From: Planctomycetota bacterium
GTDB lineage: Bacteria; Planctomycetota; UBA1135; JACQFD01
Length of the DNA stretch: 64,000 bases
Assembly: GCA_016792805.1 (NCBI GenBank)
Contig: JAEUHX010000042.1
Location: forward strand, 132,046 to 196,045
Direction: 5' to 3'
The notes beneath the pieces are model-generated. The model had not been told where the DNA came from. It saw only the letters and a program-made list of their open reading frames with translations, and did no database searches. A program made the translations under genes and the position numbers. Below are positions 63,801 through 64,000 of this stretch, piece by piece. Every line of letters starts with the position of its first letter. Position 1 is the stretch's first letter.

Positions 63801-64000
63801 CCGCTCGACCCACTCCCTCGGCGTTCTGTGGCATAGCCTGGAGTGTCTTGGGGCGCCGCCAGTGCGGGAGGAGTTCTTCCGACGCTGCGAGAGGCCGCTA
63901 GCGCCCAAGGATCTGTTGGGATGGGTCGAGATTCCTGCCGGAGAGTTCCAAATGGGCTCACCGAAGAGAGAGACTGGACGCTATAGGGACGAGGGGCCCC
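60802..64000 (+). CDS. NLR-type multidomain protein: ParA-like (KGGSGR) ATPase - TIR - NACHT NTPase - FGE-sulfatase domain (3' end beyond window)
   Basis: Not in the supplied track because no stop is reached. I read 1,066 uninterrupted codons from ATG 60802. Domain strings: MTGKIVTFYSYKGGSGRTFLLAN...DFVLVDSRTG (ParA/MinD-like); FDLFLSFSSPQRDLARAVAAELKLRGRNVFFDERSLVAGSPW...ISTWQRAEVEAF (TIR, 61780-62166); VIVGEPGAGKTTTL (62461-62502) and LVILLDGLDE (62692-62721) (NACHT); WVEIPAGEFQMGSPKRETGRYRDEGP (63922-end, FGE-sulfatase N-terminus). Confidence 0.85.
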   Translation, partial: MTGKIVTFYSYKGGSGRTFLLANVGWWLAMQGFRVLCVDWDLEAPGLARYFPEEWGGRRKSGLVDLLKAAHENQPIAWKQEVRPIKVADRQELALLDAGGHSGADYARALAELPWSEMGRGTPGAFRDRLQAMVNEWRQEYDFVLVDSRTGFTDCGTVCTSQIPDVLVLVIAPNTQGLEGGLEVVERVRRHRHAEKADAAPLKIVPVPSRWDNNSPEDPKKWLELFEARLDPVYREWCDKDTDVGKLLTLLRIPYISRWSFGEPLPVRDEPGNDSASISYAMITVASLLARDFQNTAQLTAERESYVREVIEKGRGVLASAEATPQFRFDLFLSFSSPQRDLARAVAAELKLRGRNVFFDERSLVAGSPWPDGLAQGVREARGVVALLGTRISTWQRAEVEAFIEKANEDSTRFVIPVWLEALPDWPELVFQGFAGRGQSPAELASSIHNKLELRERPEPPVAATPAVPSWTPESALESYRAWVQEQHARLVPYFDGASQKMLENVCIALEFEPTVGKREEMLDPQAAETARASNGKPGALQDLLLSSAQRRWVIVGEPGAGKTTTLRALAVSLAKAQVWIPIFLPLARLAKPPLDPIGFALHDMLGEEQHSARGRALREALLDAQRGGRLVILLDGLDEYRGDDIDKLLEALVSYASAPERSALPIALTSRHVAFERRETPAGFRRAKVLALNEEQQKNLASKFLGPREAERMRRHLQARPALAELARSPLLLTLLCVVARDTLLSESALPATRGKLYKTVIDLLLRRGFGVEKRGVADTVPARTLLQRLSFRLHDLGGESWEFEELSRVLGELRQGDPKVNFLVKETKEWGSNDAFLKDIGYHAGVLGPHDSEHLPWRYLHRSLREFLAAEELATRPQEEVRKHLAGWVAEEAGAKSQKDTKRSDAKRPKPERWGEVYALLCGLVDNPTTMVKALQEASPEIFLRSLPSIDALEPQAALDLLLPLDGWDADALRLLLAAWALPDRKAVELLQFQVKPGRSTHSLGVLWHSLECLGAPPVREEFFRRCERPLAPKDLLGWVEIPAGEFQMGSPKRETGRYRDEGP

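Noticed and set aside
61256-63961. Several 80-290-aa minus-strand ORFs (e.g. 62704..63459, 63086..63961) and off-frame plus ORFs in the last 3 kb
   Set aside because: All lie over the uninterrupted frame-1 ORF from 60802, which carries the ParA-like, TIR and NACHT motifs. None has motifs or a coding-like GC3 pattern.

Overview
This is a 64-kb, high-GC bacterial chromosomal segment with dense coding and strong GC3 bias, so most long antisense ORFs in the track are artefacts. I found no rRNA, tRNA or CRISPR array by eye.

Layout:
- 1-1.7 kb: a partial CDS, then a decayed DUF4143-type AAA ATPase pseudogene carrying a 164-bp inverted-repeat miniature element.
- 1.9-15.5 kb: a translationally coupled dcw cluster, mraZ-rsmH-ftsL-ftsI-murE-murF-mraY-ftsW-(LysM)-murG-murC-murB. 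It lacks murD and ddl-ftsQAZ.
- 15.5-20 kb: secreted proteins, including a triple-CHRD protein.
- 20-25 kb: thrS, an atypical pyruvate-kinase-like gene, an ABM-like gene and a NUDIX gene.
- 25.3-26.1 kb: a TonB-dependent receptor remnant.
- 26.3-32.2 kb: a tightly coupled polyamine-type cluster (AdoMet decarboxylase, DUF4178, small TM protein, DUF350, membrane-fused spermidine-synthase-like enzyme, FAD amine-oxidase-like).
- 32.2-32.9 kb: a thioredoxin-fold membrane protein split in the track by an in-frame TGA at the CxxC position, with an fdhF-like SECIS hairpin downstream. This is a candidate selenoprotein.
- 33-46.7 kb: DUF1294, trkA/trkH, a GT81 glycosyl-phosphoglycerate synthase plus HAD phosphatase, a DEAD-box helicase, an RRM protein, a thioesterase, lipoproteins, an FG-GAP protein, methylmalonyl-CoA epimerase and a CitE-like lyase.
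- 46.9-53.1 kb: a visibly lower-GC accessory stretch with a PGRS-like glycine-rich protein, a membrane-anchored beta-sandwich protein, tandem Usp and a second FG-GAP protein.
- 53.5-55.3 kb: a second copy of the miniature element, a penta-cluster ferredoxin and SufT.
- 55.5-64 kb: an accessory block.

The main finding is in that last block. An ORF absent from the supplied track starts at 60802 and runs off the window end without a stop (at least 1,066 codons). It encodes a ParA-like (KGGSGR) ATPase, a TIR domain, a NACHT NTPase and the start of an FGE-sulfatase domain, which makes it an NLR-type conflict or defence candidate. It is divergently paired with a four-gene envelope operon that includes a secreted papain-like peptidase.

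The taxon cannot be assigned from this window.
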